Positions 7,866 through 17,204 of a DNA stretch of 54,934 bases are shown one piece after another. How positions within the stretch are numbered: the stretch's first letter is position 1; each line of letters begins with the position of its first letter. A model generated the notes under the pieces. The model ran no database searches, had not been told where the DNA came from, and worked only from the letters and a program-made list of their open reading frames with translations. The DNA is from a virus (taxonomy: Duplodnaviria; Caudoviricetes): IMG/VR virus record IMGVR_UViG_3300029263_001128, positions 1 through 54,934 of that record. The stretch is one strand, 5' to 3'. A program made the position numbers and the translations under genes.

Positions 7866-8053
7866 ATGTCGGCGACCTAGTTAGGCTCAAATACAAGTAT
7901 CCAATTTGGTTATTTTCTTTTGGGATCTCGGAAGGAGACATAGGACTGATAACTGAAATTTGTAGTGAAAGAGTTGCGAAAGTCTACTGGATTAAAATCC
8001 GAAGAGTAGCAGAAATAAACCTTGAGCTTATCAAGCCTGCTGAACAGGAGTAG
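7862..8053 (+). CDS. small SH3/KOW-like protein
   Basis: ATGA-coupled start 7862; MNVGDLVRLK..GLITEI..KVYW. Confidence 0.6.
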   Translation: MNVGDLVRLKYKYPIWLFSFGISEGDIGLITEICSERVAKVYWIKIRRVAEINLELIKPAEQE

Positions 8054-8055
8054 AG

Positions 8056-8334
8056 ATGATAAATAAAACAATTATTGGTTTGCTTTTTAACAGCACGCTA
8101 CAATTAAATTTTGTTCCGAACACTAACGAAGTTGAGGTAACTCAAACAGAGACAACCATTTCCTCTGGCAAGATTGTTTATTTGCTAGGCAATGTATGCA
8201 ATTTAAAGCCGTCTTATGAGTTTGACATAGAAAAAACAAGCGAATTTGCTGATGCGTGTGAGAAGCTTGATGAAAACTGGTTTCTTATCAGCAATGTAGA
8301 GGCTAGTTATAAGTATGAGAGTGCCCCCTTATAA
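8056..8334 (+). CDS. hypothetical protein
   Basis: ORF in operon; GGAG RBS. Confidence 0.5.
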   Translation: MINKTIIGLLFNSTLQLNFVPNTNEVEVTQTETTISSGKIVYLLGNVCNLKPSYEFDIEKTSEFADACEKLDENWFLISNVEASYKYESAPL

Positions 8335-8575
8335 GCGCAGCGATTTACATGCTGGCCTCTTGATTAAAGATTTAGATTCTGGTGACCTTGGGTTGCTTGT
8401 CTCTAGATTTGATTTGATGAAAAATTGGGATTTTGACGAGCCCATCTGGGTCTGGGATATGTTTTGGTCCGGGCCGACCACCGACAATGAAAACAGAAAT
8501 GTTCCGTTTATTGAACAAGCGATTATTGGTTTGCTCAACGGGGGCGTCTGGTCCATAGTAGAAAATGATGCTTGA
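8315..8575 (+). CDS. small SH3-like protein
   Basis: LHAGLLIKD..GDLGLLV..WDMFW. Confidence 0.55.
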   Translation: MRVPPYKRSDLHAGLLIKDLDSGDLGLLVSRFDLMKNWDFDEPIWVWDMFWSGPTTDNENRNVPFIEQAIIGLLNGGVWSIVENDA

Positions 8576-8846
8576 TGAGTTGCGAGAGAAGGTAGAACAC
8601 GTTACATTAGGAGTAGGTGATCTGATAATAGATGTTCGCACGGGGTCTAAAGGTTTTCTCTCCGAGAGGGAGAGGCGCATAGACATTACCCACGACGATA
8701 TCTACATCTGGAAGATTTCTTGGTTTCACCATTCAAAAAAGTTTAGTCAGTTTAATGCTCTTCCATTTATGGAAGAAGAGGGGCTAAAAATGTCTATTCT
8801 AATTGGAACAATAATAATTCATAAAGCAGGAGTCGATAGTGAGTAA
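8565..8846 (+). CDS. small SH3-like protein
   Basis: LGVGDLIID..KGFL..WKISW; resembles 8315..8575. Confidence 0.55.
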   Translation: MMLDELREKVEHVTLGVGDLIIDVRTGSKGFLSERERRIDITHDDIYIWKISWFHHSKKFSQFNALPFMEEEGLKMSILIGTIIIHKAGVDSE

Positions 8847-9273
8847 CTGGAACGTCTATAAGATTTTCAAGAGCGGTAAAAGGGCCAAGAGCCCATTTGA
8901 AACATTTGAAGCATCAGATAAAGAGCACTTCTTCTCTGAAATTCTACCAACATTAGGAGAGAAGCTACAGAAATCAGACTGGCTTGTCATCTCTGTTGAA
9001 GAGCCGCAAGAACGCCCAGAGGGTGGCACAATGTCTGAAGATGATATGGTTGCCAAAAAGCGCAATCGTTATCTAACAAAAATTGCTATCGAATTATTTC
9101 CAGACATTGCTGGTAAGGGTGTCTCCACCTGTCTTATGATGAACGAACAAACAGATTGGAAATGGGCTTGGTGTATAGCCGAAGGGGGAACCCATAGATT
9201 CCTCGGTCTCTTGTCTAACAAGTTTGAGACGAGAAAGGAGGTTATTGCGTGGATCGACACGGCTGGCATCTAG
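8839..9273 (+). CDS. hypothetical protein
   Basis: AGGAG RBS, GTG start. Confidence 0.6.
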   Translation: MSNWNVYKIFKSGKRAKSPFETFEASDKEHFFSEILPTLGEKLQKSDWLVISVEEPQERPEGGTMSEDDMVAKKRNRYLTKIAIELFPDIAGKGVSTCLMMNEQTDWKWAWCIAEGGTHRFLGLLSNKFETRKEVIAWIDTAGI

Positions 9274-9485
9274 CACACAGGATTGGAGATCTCATCAGGG
9301 TTGTTGAGAAAACAACCATAAACACTCTTAATGGGAATGCCGAAGTTGGTGACCTCGGTGTCGTAATTAATTGCCCGAAGGAATCATCTGGAATTTTATT
9401 TGTAGAGGTTTACCTAATGAAATCGAGCAATATACGATGGTTCTCTCCTATCGAAATAGACACAATCTCAAACATAGGTGAGTAG
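9249..9485 (+). CDS. small SH3/KOW-like protein
   Basis: RIGDLIRV..GDLGVVI..VEVY. Confidence 0.55.
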   Translation: MDRHGWHLAHRIGDLIRVVEKTTINTLNGNAEVGDLGVVINCPKESSGILFVEVYLMKSSNIRWFSPIEIDTISNIGE

Positions 9486-9515
9486 CTCTCTATTTATTAA
9501 TAGAGGGTTCTCGCA

Positions 9516-9683
9516 ATGAAGCAGACCAATAGTTTTGTCGATTCCATGTCTCTGACATGTGTTTTGATAAACATTGGTCTGTTCTTGTTTGCGTGCTGGT
9601 CCGGCTATTTACAAATACAACTATTAACACTATTTAATGTTGCCTGCTTTTCGTTGTATTTTTTAATTCTAGGTAGAAAATAA
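9516..9683 (+). CDS. 55-aa membrane protein MKQTNSFVDS...LILGRK
   Basis: open frame after CTATTTA(9490) and GAGG; two hydrophobic segments; TAATG-coupled to kinase; not in ORF track. Confidence 0.55.
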   Translation: MKQTNSFVDSMSLTCVLINIGLFLFACWSGYLQIQLLTLFNVACFSLYFLILGRK

Positions 9684-10900
9684 TGTATCAAAAATTTTGG
9701 AATCAATTTTTAATAGAACAAGAAGAACTTGTTGGAACCACTGTTGACTTTCCTCCAGCTAACTCAAAAAGAATTGGTAGAAAATGGGGTGCAGGTGATA
9801 AGCCTGCTCGCGTGCCGCCCCCGGCACGTTCCCACCCATCCCCCTTTACCACAGGGATTGGGGCTTATTTAATTAGCAAAGGCTATGATTTAGATACAAA
9901 GCTTGGTGGCGGCGTTGATGGCATTGTCTACCGAGCAATAAATAAAAAGACCGGTAAGAACGTGGCTGTAAAAGTTGTTCTCAGAACAACACAGGGAGAT
10001 ATGAAAAGAGAAGCTGCTAACTACAAATTCATTTTAGATAACAGAGAATCACTTGGACAATATGCAAAATATTTCCCCGTGGTTTATTCTTCGGAAATAG
10101 ACCAGATACCTGCAAACAAAGAGACAATGGAAGGAAGAAAAGTAGAAGCTGCCATTATTATTATGGAACAACTTGAACTTCTGCCAGACGATGTTGCAAG
10201 AAGTCTTTTTGCAACAAATGTCAATTATAAGAAAGACAAGCAAGCAAGAACCCAGAGAGACAAGAGGCTTTTTAAAAGCTATAAACTCGTTGGAAACCTG
10301 ATCAACATGGCTATTAGCTTAACTGATCCCGCATACACAAGTCCATTCATCTCTTATGAGGCGCAAGAAAAAATAGAAAAATCAATAATAACAACAATGT
10401 TTGGTAAGAAGCGTTACGCCCCGGTGCGACCGGCGGGTGTCTCGCCTTTAGGGGTCCAAGGGTTGACTGATGAGGCTAAGGAACTTATGAACTTATTCGT
10501 AAATGTGACGTATACGTCAATACTAAGAGATCCTACGAGTAAAGCAGATATGGATATTGTTATGGATTACAAAGATATTATCAAGCGTGATTTAGCAAAC
10601 GCTTTTATTAAAGCGTATTCTCGACCCATTGTCTCTGGGGGTGTCCCTGACGCCCTCAGAGTAGGCTCAAGCTTAAAGGGTTTTGACCAATACTATTCTT
10701 CTGAAGATGCGGTAGGTGACCATTTCCCAGAGTCAGTTGGGATCAGAAAGGCAATGCAAGCACTCTCAGGCGAAGGTTTAAAGCCATTTGATGTTCACAA
10801 CGGAAATGTTATGATGAGACCCAAGACAAATGAGATTGTTATTGTTGACCTTGGGAGGTTCAAGGGGCTTGAAACCAACGAAAGTCTCAGAAATGTATGA
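9683..10900 (+). CDS. Ser/Thr protein kinase-like protein with large insertion
   Basis: LGGGVDGIVY, VAVK, E, IIMEQL, DVHNGNVM, IVDLG; N-terminal FWNQFLIE leader variant. Confidence 0.8.
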   Translation: MYQKFWNQFLIEQEELVGTTVDFPPANSKRIGRKWGAGDKPARVPPPARSHPSPFTTGIGAYLISKGYDLDTKLGGGVDGIVYRAINKKTGKNVAVKVVLRTTQGDMKREAANYKFILDNRESLGQYAKYFPVVYSSEIDQIPANKETMEGRKVEAAIIIMEQLELLPDDVARSLFATNVNYKKDKQARTQRDKRLFKSYKLVGNLINMAISLTDPAYTSPFISYEAQEKIEKSIITTMFGKKRYAPVRPAGVSPLGVQGLTDEAKELMNLFVNVTYTSILRDPTSKADMDIVMDYKDIIKRDLANAFIKAYSRPIVSGGVPDALRVGSSLKGFDQYYSSEDAVGDHFPESVGIRKAMQALSGEGLKPFDVHNGNVMMRPKTNEIVIVDLGRFKGLETNESLRNV

Positions 10901-11228
10901 ATATGATGCCATTTGTTCTCGCGTAGTGGATGGAGACACCATCGATGCTCGTGTTGATCTGGGATTCCGTGTCTGGATAGAGTGTAGAGTGCGTTTGCTG
11001 GGCATAGACGCCCCTGAGACGCGCACAAAAGACTTGGAGGAAAAGAAGGCTGGCTTTAAAACTAAGGCGTTCCTAGAGGCACTTATGGATGATTGTGGGC
11101 ATAACTTCAAACTTCAGTCTCACGGCGTTGGAAAGTTTGGAAGATGCCTCGGTGTCATCTACATCGACGGCGAAAACATAAATGAAAGACTAATTGCCGA
11201 AGGTCTTGCCGATAATTACGCAAAGTAG
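10893..11228 (+). CDS. thermonuclease (SNase-like)
   Basis: start MYEY; RVVDGDT, RLLGIDAPE, GKFGRCLG, INERLIAEGLA. Confidence 0.9.
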   Translation: MYEYDAICSRVVDGDTIDARVDLGFRVWIECRVRLLGIDAPETRTKDLEEKKAGFKTKAFLEALMDDCGHNFKLQSHGVGKFGRCLGVIYIDGENINERLIAEGLADNYAK

Positions 11229-11274
11229 TGGCCTAGAAGGCGTTTTCGTGTTATGTTACCGGTAGGAGTTAGTA

Positions 11275-12270
11275 ATGGGCGGCAATGTTTTCACTGGTGA
11301 GGCTGTTGAGTCAATCCCTATGGAGTTTATCCAGCCGACACTGGCGGCTTACTACCAAGAACTATCGGCTTTGTTCCCCCAGCACTCCAATTTCTTTAAA
11401 ACCTTCACCACTTTGGGGTCTGTCGGTAAGAAAAGCAAGTCTGGCGACATTGATCTGGCTGTAGACGTAAAGAAATTGTTCCCGCAAGGCCGGATAACCA
11501 CCGAAGATCTACAAAGTTGGAACCTAAATCCCGCGTTGTGGCGTGAAACCTATGAAAAAATGCTAAAGCGGGCACGAACTGCTACACCACACGAGGTTTC
11601 ACTGCGTGCGTTCCTCTATGAACTATCAAAATACATTGGTGAGCGCTCTAATTTGATCAAAAGTGACCTTAAAAAGGTGCGTCCAGGCCAAATGTTCACG
11701 CTTTTCCCCCAAATTACCGATTTTGGTCAGCAAATGGAGGTCTCCGTCCAGATTGATTGGATGTTGGGAGACCCAGAATGGCTAAAATTCTCTTATTTTT
11801 CCCCAATGCCCTCCAAAAGACAGCCTATGTTGAAGGGATTACACAGAACCCAGTTGATTTTGGCGATGTTTGGGGCAAAAGGCTATGCGTTTAGGCATGT
11901 GGGCGGTGTATTTCACAAGACCACAGGCAAAAAGGTCGCCCATAGCCCTTCAGAAGCCTCTGAACTGCTCCAAAAACTCTATGAGACACCTGTTACCACT
12001 CAAAAATTAGAATGCTTCAGCACCATCTACAGCTTTCTAACGTCCAGTTGTTCCAATGATGACCAAAATGGCGCCTTTGACTCTTATTTGTGCATCCTAG
12101 ACTACACAAATGGCAACAAAGAAGTTGATCCAAGCAGCGGAGAATGGCGTCGGTGTGGCTATATCCCTCAAGAACTAGAGGAATATTGGATCCTAAACAA
12201 AGAAAGACTTGGTTTGAAGGGCAGGTACCTCTGTAAGACCGCGAATCACAGGCTCCGTGCGTCGTTATAA
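11275..12270 (+). CDS. Pol-beta-superfamily nucleotidyltransferase-like protein
   Basis: LGSVGKK..SGDIDLAVD and VQIDWM third Asp. Confidence 0.7.
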   Translation: MGGNVFTGEAVESIPMEFIQPTLAAYYQELSALFPQHSNFFKTFTTLGSVGKKSKSGDIDLAVDVKKLFPQGRITTEDLQSWNLNPALWRETYEKMLKRARTATPHEVSLRAFLYELSKYIGERSNLIKSDLKKVRPGQMFTLFPQITDFGQQMEVSVQIDWMLGDPEWLKFSYFSPMPSKRQPMLKGLHRTQLILAMFGAKGYAFRHVGGVFHKTTGKKVAHSPSEASELLQKLYETPVTTQKLECFSTIYSFLTSSCSNDDQNGAFDSYLCILDYTNGNKEVDPSSGEWRRCGYIPQELEEYWILNKERLGLKGRYLCKTANHRLRASL

Positions 12271-12309
12271 GTCTCTTGAGCCTATTTATTGGGCACAGGA
12301 GGGCTGACA

Positions 12310-12621
12310 ATGCCTGAACAAAATTATAATCAACTAGTGTTGGCCCAGTTACAGGCTCTCTCACAAGCAATGGAGGCACTCCGAGGCGATCTACAGTTTG
12401 TGAGACAAGAGATCACAGAGCTAAAAGCTAAAGAAGACCGAGTTGTGGAACTAAAAGAGTGGAAACAGAGAATTGACGAGGTTGTTTCCCCTCCACAACT
12501 AGAAAAATTGGTCAAAGAGGTAGAGGAATTAAACAAGTATAAGACAAAAGCGGTCACTATCTTCACTGTTGTTCAGTTTGCAATGGCCCTAATTCTTTTT
12601 GTAATGAATTTCATGCCTTGA
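12310..12621 (+). CDS. coiled-coil protein with C-terminal TM (holin-like architecture)
   Basis: GGAGG RBS, ATG12310; heptad-like body, hydrophobic C-terminus. Confidence 0.5.
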   Translation: MPEQNYNQLVLAQLQALSQAMEALRGDLQFVRQEITELKAKEDRVVELKEWKQRIDEVVSPPQLEKLVKEVEELNKYKTKAVTIFTVVQFAMALILFVMNFMP

Positions 12622-12651
12622 CAGATGTTAAAATAATGTTATTTTAATGTT

Positions 12652-12909
12652 ATGAAAAGATTGACACCAACATTAGGCGACTTTGTCGCCCAAAGACACC
12701 CAAAAGAAAGCTTTTATCTTAAAAAAGGCATAGTTGTTGCTTCAAAAGAGAATTCTTTTATAATACAATGGCTATCATACAACAAAGATTTCTTTATGGA
12801 ATTTGATGGAACGGCTTTTGAAGAGCTTAACTCGCGCTATTTACTAACGAAGATGTCTTATAATAGAAGCTATAATATAGACATCACAATCTTAAGCAAA
12901 GCAGGCTAA
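12652..12909 (+). CDS. small SH3-like protein
   Basis: TLGDFV..KGIVV..IQW; TTGACA at 12618 upstream. Confidence 0.55.
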   Translation: MKRLTPTLGDFVAQRHPKESFYLKKGIVVASKENSFIIQWLSYNKDFFMEFDGTAFEELNSRYLLTKMSYNRSYNIDITILSKAG

Positions 12910-12910
12910 A

Positions 12911-13198
12911 ATGTCGTGGGATGAGCTTGATGTAGACAGAGTAGAGCAAATAATCCGCCAAATAAGCGGAAAAAACATTGATCAAACAAAGAAATTGGTC
13001 AATCCATCTGTTATCAAGGGCTCTGGAGTCCTTTTTTTGTGGGCTCCAAGCAAAAAAGCGCTCGTAAAGGTCAATCGAGGCATCCGAATCTATGTTGTAA
13101 GCTATGAAATGGACGAAAAGGACAGAATTCTTGTTTATGACGGCTATAATTTGCTTGCAATCCACCCAGATGATATAGAAGAGATAGGATTTAACTAA
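12911..13198 (+). CDS. hypothetical protein
   Basis: ORF in operon, ends EEIGFN. Confidence 0.6.
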   Translation: MSWDELDVDRVEQIIRQISGKNIDQTKKLVNPSVIKGSGVLFLWAPSKKALVKVNRGIRIYVVSYEMDEKDRILVYDGYNLLAIHPDDIEEIGFN

Positions 13199-13199
13199 A

Positions 13200-13352
13200 A
13201 TGTTGTTCACATTTGACAAATTTTGGAAATTTTTGGTTACTTTGGTCATTTCTTGGCTATTTTATGCTCTTTTCGGCTTTGAAATCACGATAGTGACGCT
13301 CGTTGCCATCATTTTGGGCAATTTTTGGTCAAATTCGCAACATTTATTGTAA
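13200..13352 (+). CDS. 50-aa membrane protein MLFTFDKFWKF...
   Basis: hydrophobic open frame filling intergenic gap; not in ORF track. Confidence 0.55.
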   Translation: MLFTFDKFWKFLVTLVISWLFYALFGFEITIVTLVAIILGNFWSNSQHLL

Positions 13353-13387
13353 AAAACAACTTTTTTGGCGCTACTTACCCCTGAAGA

Positions 13388-13648
13388 ATGGAAAAAACGA
13401 ACAATTTTGGGGAATTAGCGGCTGAAAACATCAAAATAGGTGATATAGTCGCTTGGTCTAAGTGGAATTCTGGTGATCTTGAATGGCAACAGCACCTTGG
13501 GGTGGTCATAGAGGTCAAAAACACCATCTTATCTAACAGAATGGTGTGCATTTCAGTGGTTTTGCCTATGAAAGAGCCCAGAATACCCTTAGAATTGTTC
13601 ACTTTTTCCCTAAAACTGGTGTCTTCAGCAGAAGAAAAGAGGGTTTAA
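13388..13648 (+). CDS. small SH3/KOW-like protein
   Basis: IKIGDIVAW..HLGVVIEV. Confidence 0.6.
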   Translation: MEKTNNFGELAAENIKIGDIVAWSKWNSGDLEWQQHLGVVIEVKNTILSNRMVCISVVLPMKEPRIPLELFTFSLKLVSSAEEKRV

Positions 13649-13981
13649 GTGGTTATTGTTGACCATATAGCAATCAAAGTAAGCGATCTACAGGAGGCCA
13701 AACACTGGTATTTGGAGCATTTAAAGGCAGAAATCACCTTTCAAGACTCTAAATTTATAAGACTGAAGGTAGCCAACACCAACATTGCTCTTATAGACGA
13801 GAAATTCTATCCATATGCCCACATTGCCATTCTTGTGGAACACAAGCACGAATTGCCTATAGGTGGAGAGGTTTTTGAGCATCGGGATGGAACAATAGGG
13901 GTTTTTGTCAAAGACCCATTTGGGAACTATTTAGAATACATCTGGTATTCTCCAGAGCATAGCAAAGTGTTCCTTGAATGA
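13649..13981 (+). CDS. VOC/glyoxalase family protein
   Basis: VDHIAIKVSDL..A..WY, HIAI, FVKDPFGNYLE. Confidence 0.85.
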   Translation: MVIVDHIAIKVSDLQEAKHWYLEHLKAEITFQDSKFIRLKVANTNIALIDEKFYPYAHIAILVEHKHELPIGGEVFEHRDGTIGVFVKDPFGNYLEYIWYSPEHSKVFLE

Positions 13982-15366
13982 AAGACACCTTACAGCCACT
14001 AGTCAAGCAGTTCATGCCTTTTGCCCAAGAGCGAATGGGTTTTGATAAGCCGCCAAGGCTTTTCTTGCGTAATGATCCAAAGAACGCACAGAACCCTCTT
14101 GGCAAGACTGCCTACTATGATCCAGAACAAATGTCGGTTACTCTCTACATTGATGGTAGACACCCAAAAGACATCATGCGATCGTTATCGCATGAGCTTA
14201 TTCACCACACACAAAATTGCAATGGGCAGTTTGACCACGTTGGAGAAATGGGTGAAGACTATGCCCAGAACGATGAACACTTACGTGAAATGGAACGTCA
14301 AGCCTACGAAGAAGGAAGTTTATGTTTCCGAGATTGGGAAGACTCTATAAAAGGCACTATTTACAATGAATCTTTGCAAAAAGGAGCAAAAAACAAAATG
14401 TCATTAAAAAATTGGAAAGACAACGAGTTAAACACTCTGTTAACTGAGAAATGGGGGTTTAGTTTTAATCTCCTTACTGAGGCTAAACAACCCACAGGGG
14501 TCCCACGCGACCGCGAATTCGACAAGAACCCTGAAGAAGAAGACCCTGATTTTGAACGCCAGAAGAAGCGTGAAGCTCCTCCTGAAGCAAAAAAAGATGA
14601 TCGCGACGGTTATTATGATGGTGGCAAAGGTGAGTACGTTGGTGGTGATTTCTTTAAAAAGAAGCCCTACCTTGGTGAGGATGCTTTCGCACCAAACCAC
14701 TATTGTGTCCACCACGGTGGAGTAGATCGCAATGGTTCAGTCGAATTAGCAGAAGCAGTCCAGCATAACTACAACAATGAGCTTGGTCGCGTTACTCACT
14801 ATGATATGAAGTTTGCCGACGGCACCATAATGGAGAATGTCGCATTTGAAGACATCCAGGTCACCAATGCCTCTTTAGAAGAGATGCACGGAAGTCACAC
14901 CGCCAAGATAGATGAAGAGGTAGAAGAAGGCGTGCTGAAAGTAGGCCGAAGTCAGCCCAATTATAAACAAAGCACACCAGGAGCAAAGGAAGCTGCTGCT
15001 GCGGAAGAATGGGAGAGACGTGAGCGGGACTACTACATGAACCACCAGTTCACCAGAGGTCGGGTGAAAACATTCGAAGAGCAGGCTGCGTCTCTGAGAG
15101 AAGACGAATTAGAGGAGCGCAGAGGTCGCGGTCGCGATCGTGAGGGCATGGAGCCCGACAGCCGCAGACGCCCGATGGGCGAGGGCGAAGATAAGAAACC
15201 TGACGAAGATGGCGAAAAGCCAGATTTCCTCGATCTTAATAACAACGGCGACAAAAAAGAGCCAATGAAAGATGCTGCTGCTGACAAGAAAGGTAAGATG
15301 GACGAAGCCAAGATTCGTAACCTCATTCGTAAGCTAGTCAAAGAAGCCGCTAAGAGAGGTCGCTGA
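13978..15366 (+). CDS. HExxH metallopeptidase-like domain fused to charged prohead-core-like region
   Basis: SHELIHHTQ..ERQAY; many [LIM]xE sites; DFLDLNNNGDKKEPM; C-terminal KIRNLIRKLVKE. Confidence 0.65.
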   Translation: MKDTLQPLVKQFMPFAQERMGFDKPPRLFLRNDPKNAQNPLGKTAYYDPEQMSVTLYIDGRHPKDIMRSLSHELIHHTQNCNGQFDHVGEMGEDYAQNDEHLREMERQAYEEGSLCFRDWEDSIKGTIYNESLQKGAKNKMSLKNWKDNELNTLLTEKWGFSFNLLTEAKQPTGVPRDREFDKNPEEEDPDFERQKKREAPPEAKKDDRDGYYDGGKGEYVGGDFFKKKPYLGEDAFAPNHYCVHHGGVDRNGSVELAEAVQHNYNNELGRVTHYDMKFADGTIMENVAFEDIQVTNASLEEMHGSHTAKIDEEVEEGVLKVGRSQPNYKQSTPGAKEAAAAEEWERRERDYYMNHQFTRGRVKTFEEQAASLREDELEERRGRGRDREGMEPDSRRRPMGEGEDKKPDEDGEKPDFLDLNNNGDKKEPMKDAAADKKGKMDEAKIRNLIRKLVKEAAKRGR

Positions 15367-15367
15367 A

Positions 15368-15607
15368 ATGTCTAAATGGAACGATTGGATCGGTGGGGTT
15401 GAAATAGAAGAAGATCTAGAAACTCTTATTGAAGAAGTTCGTTCCGAAGTCAAGAGCATCAAGGCGAGAAACATTGTAGAGCAAGACAGACTTGACTCTA
15501 TCACAAAAATTCTTTTTGATGTAAAACTTCAAGCGAAAGAACTTGAACAGAAAAATAGAGTTCTCAGCAATAAGGTCTTGATTTTAGAGGAAGATTTCGA
15601 CCTTTAG
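15368..15607 (+). CDS. coiled-coil hypothetical protein
   Basis: GAGG RBS; heptad pattern. Confidence 0.6.
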   Translation: MSKWNDWIGGVEIEEDLETLIEEVRSEVKSIKARNIVEQDRLDSITKILFDVKLQAKELEQKNRVLSNKVLILEEDFDL

Positions 15608-15609
15608 AT

Positions 15610-15638
15610 TTGACAAACGGGCATTTGTGTGCTATGCT
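15610..15638 (+). promoter_or_regulatory. sigma70-type promoter TTGACA-N17-TATGCT
   Basis: read directly, extended TG. Confidence 0.65.
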
Positions 15639-15659
15639 ATCCCATCGGAGGGACTATAA

Positions 15660-16415
15660 ATGTCGGAATTGTATGACCAGATAGAAGAGTTGATGGTTGA
15701 ACTTGAGGATGACCACATCGCAGATATTGCTATTGTGCCGGGAGCGTTTAAGCCCCCACACTTAGGGCATTTGAGTATGGTTAAGGAATACAGCGGCAAA
15801 GCCAGACAGGTGGTCGTTCTTGTTTCTTCTCCTCTCAAAGCAAATCGTAAGGTTGGCGACAAAACAATTACAGCAGAAAACGCTAAAGCTATTTGGGAGA
15901 TGCTGCTTGAAGACCAGGGGCTCTCTAATGTAGTTGTTGAGATTTCACCCAAACCTTCGCCTATTGGTGCTACATATGACCATATTGGTGAAGATGGCCC
16001 ACTGCGAGAAGGCTCTAGCATTATCCTTGGTTCTAGTTCTAAAGGGAATGATTCTCGTCGTTGGTCTGGTGCTTCTAAATATGTGAAGCCAGGAGTAACC
16101 TTGATTCCCCCAGAAGAGACCTCGGTTATGCCACTTAATATGTCCAATGGCAGTCCATTCAGCGCTACTGACGCCCGCGAAAAGCTTTTAAGGGGAGAAG
16201 ACGCAGATGAGTTTTTTGGACCCGGCAAGACAGCACAGGTTCGCTCTATCTTAGAACTTGATGGGCCTTTGGAAGAAATGTCTGGTGTCGGTGCCGTCGC
16301 TGGAAATGGTGCCCCAATGGGGACCAAAAAGAGAAACAATAATAATGAGTACAATGAACCAGAGTTGTACAAAGAAGTTTTAAAACTATTTAGTAAGAAA
16401 GGTGTCATAAAATGA
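15660..16415 (+). CDS. cytidylyltransferase-like (HxGH) nucleotidyltransferase
   Basis: PGAFKPPHLGH; SATDAR; C-terminal LEEMSGVGAVAG. Confidence 0.75.
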   Translation: MSELYDQIEELMVELEDDHIADIAIVPGAFKPPHLGHLSMVKEYSGKARQVVVLVSSPLKANRKVGDKTITAENAKAIWEMLLEDQGLSNVVVEISPKPSPIGATYDHIGEDGPLREGSSIILGSSSKGNDSRRWSGASKYVKPGVTLIPPEETSVMPLNMSNGSPFSATDAREKLLRGEDADEFFGPGKTAQVRSILELDGPLEEMSGVGAVAGNGAPMGTKKRNNNNEYNEPELYKEVLKLFSKKGVIK

Positions 16416-17170
16416 AAAGTCCAGAAGGTTTGCTCAGAGAGAATGTAAGAGATTTGATCTCTCTTGTCAAGAAGAAAAATAAGAACAATTTATCTGAGGA
16501 GCTACAACTACGTCAGATCATTAGAGAGTTCGTAAAGTTTGAACTTAAAGAGGGTTCTACCCCTGACAATGATCCGGCACCGCACAAATCTACTGGAATC
16601 AATGTTCTGGAAGATCTTCTAAAAAAGATTATTCCAGTTATTGAAGATGACTATAAATTGCTTACAACATCTGAAGAACAAAGAGACTCTTATCGCTCTC
16701 ACATCGTCCAAGCTACTACTAACACCTTGACACCTGTTGAACTCAATAACGATGCTGGTAGCGAAGAACAAGAACTAGAAGAAGAAGTGGATGTTCAAAT
16801 TGGTGATGATAGTGAAGATGAGATGTTTATTGACATTAATCCTGAAGATAAAGAGAAAGAAGTAGAAGAAGATCCAAGAGATTCATTTGGCATCCAAGGT
16901 AAAGATACCACAGGACGCAACATGGCGTACACAACTTTTAAAAAAGTAGAATCTTCAATCATTGATGCTTACGACCTACTCAGCAATGCCGAAGATCAAG
17001 AAATTTTCTTTGACTACTTGATTGCCAACCTAAAGTTATATTTTGATAAGTTTGAGTCCGAAATTCAGCCAGAGGTTGAGGAACCCACAAACCAAGCTTA
17101 TGACACTGCGAAAGAAGACCCTATTGGTGGGGAAGAAGGAACTGAGAGCACAATAGATCTAGAAATGTAG
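16412..17170 (+). CDS. acidic putative head-associated protein
   Basis: CTATTTA upstream; LLRENVR / LRQIIRE motifs; very acidic. Confidence 0.6.
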   Translation: MKSPEGLLRENVRDLISLVKKKNKNNLSEELQLRQIIREFVKFELKEGSTPDNDPAPHKSTGINVLEDLLKKIIPVIEDDYKLLTTSEEQRDSYRSHIVQATTNTLTPVELNNDAGSEEQELEEEVDVQIGDDSEDEMFIDINPEDKEKEVEEDPRDSFGIQGKDTTGRNMAYTTFKKVESSIIDAYDLLSNAEDQEIFFDYLIANLKLYFDKFESEIQPEVEEPTNQAYDTAKEDPIGGEEGTESTIDLEM

Positions 17171-17204
17171 TTGACAGATTGAGATCTTGTGTTAAATTAC
17201 ATCT

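Noticed and set aside
15632-16408. Long minus-strand ORF (258 aa) and the other minus-strand ORFs in the track
   Set aside because: They mostly shadow well-supported + strand genes and show no recognisable motifs; treated as antisense artefacts.
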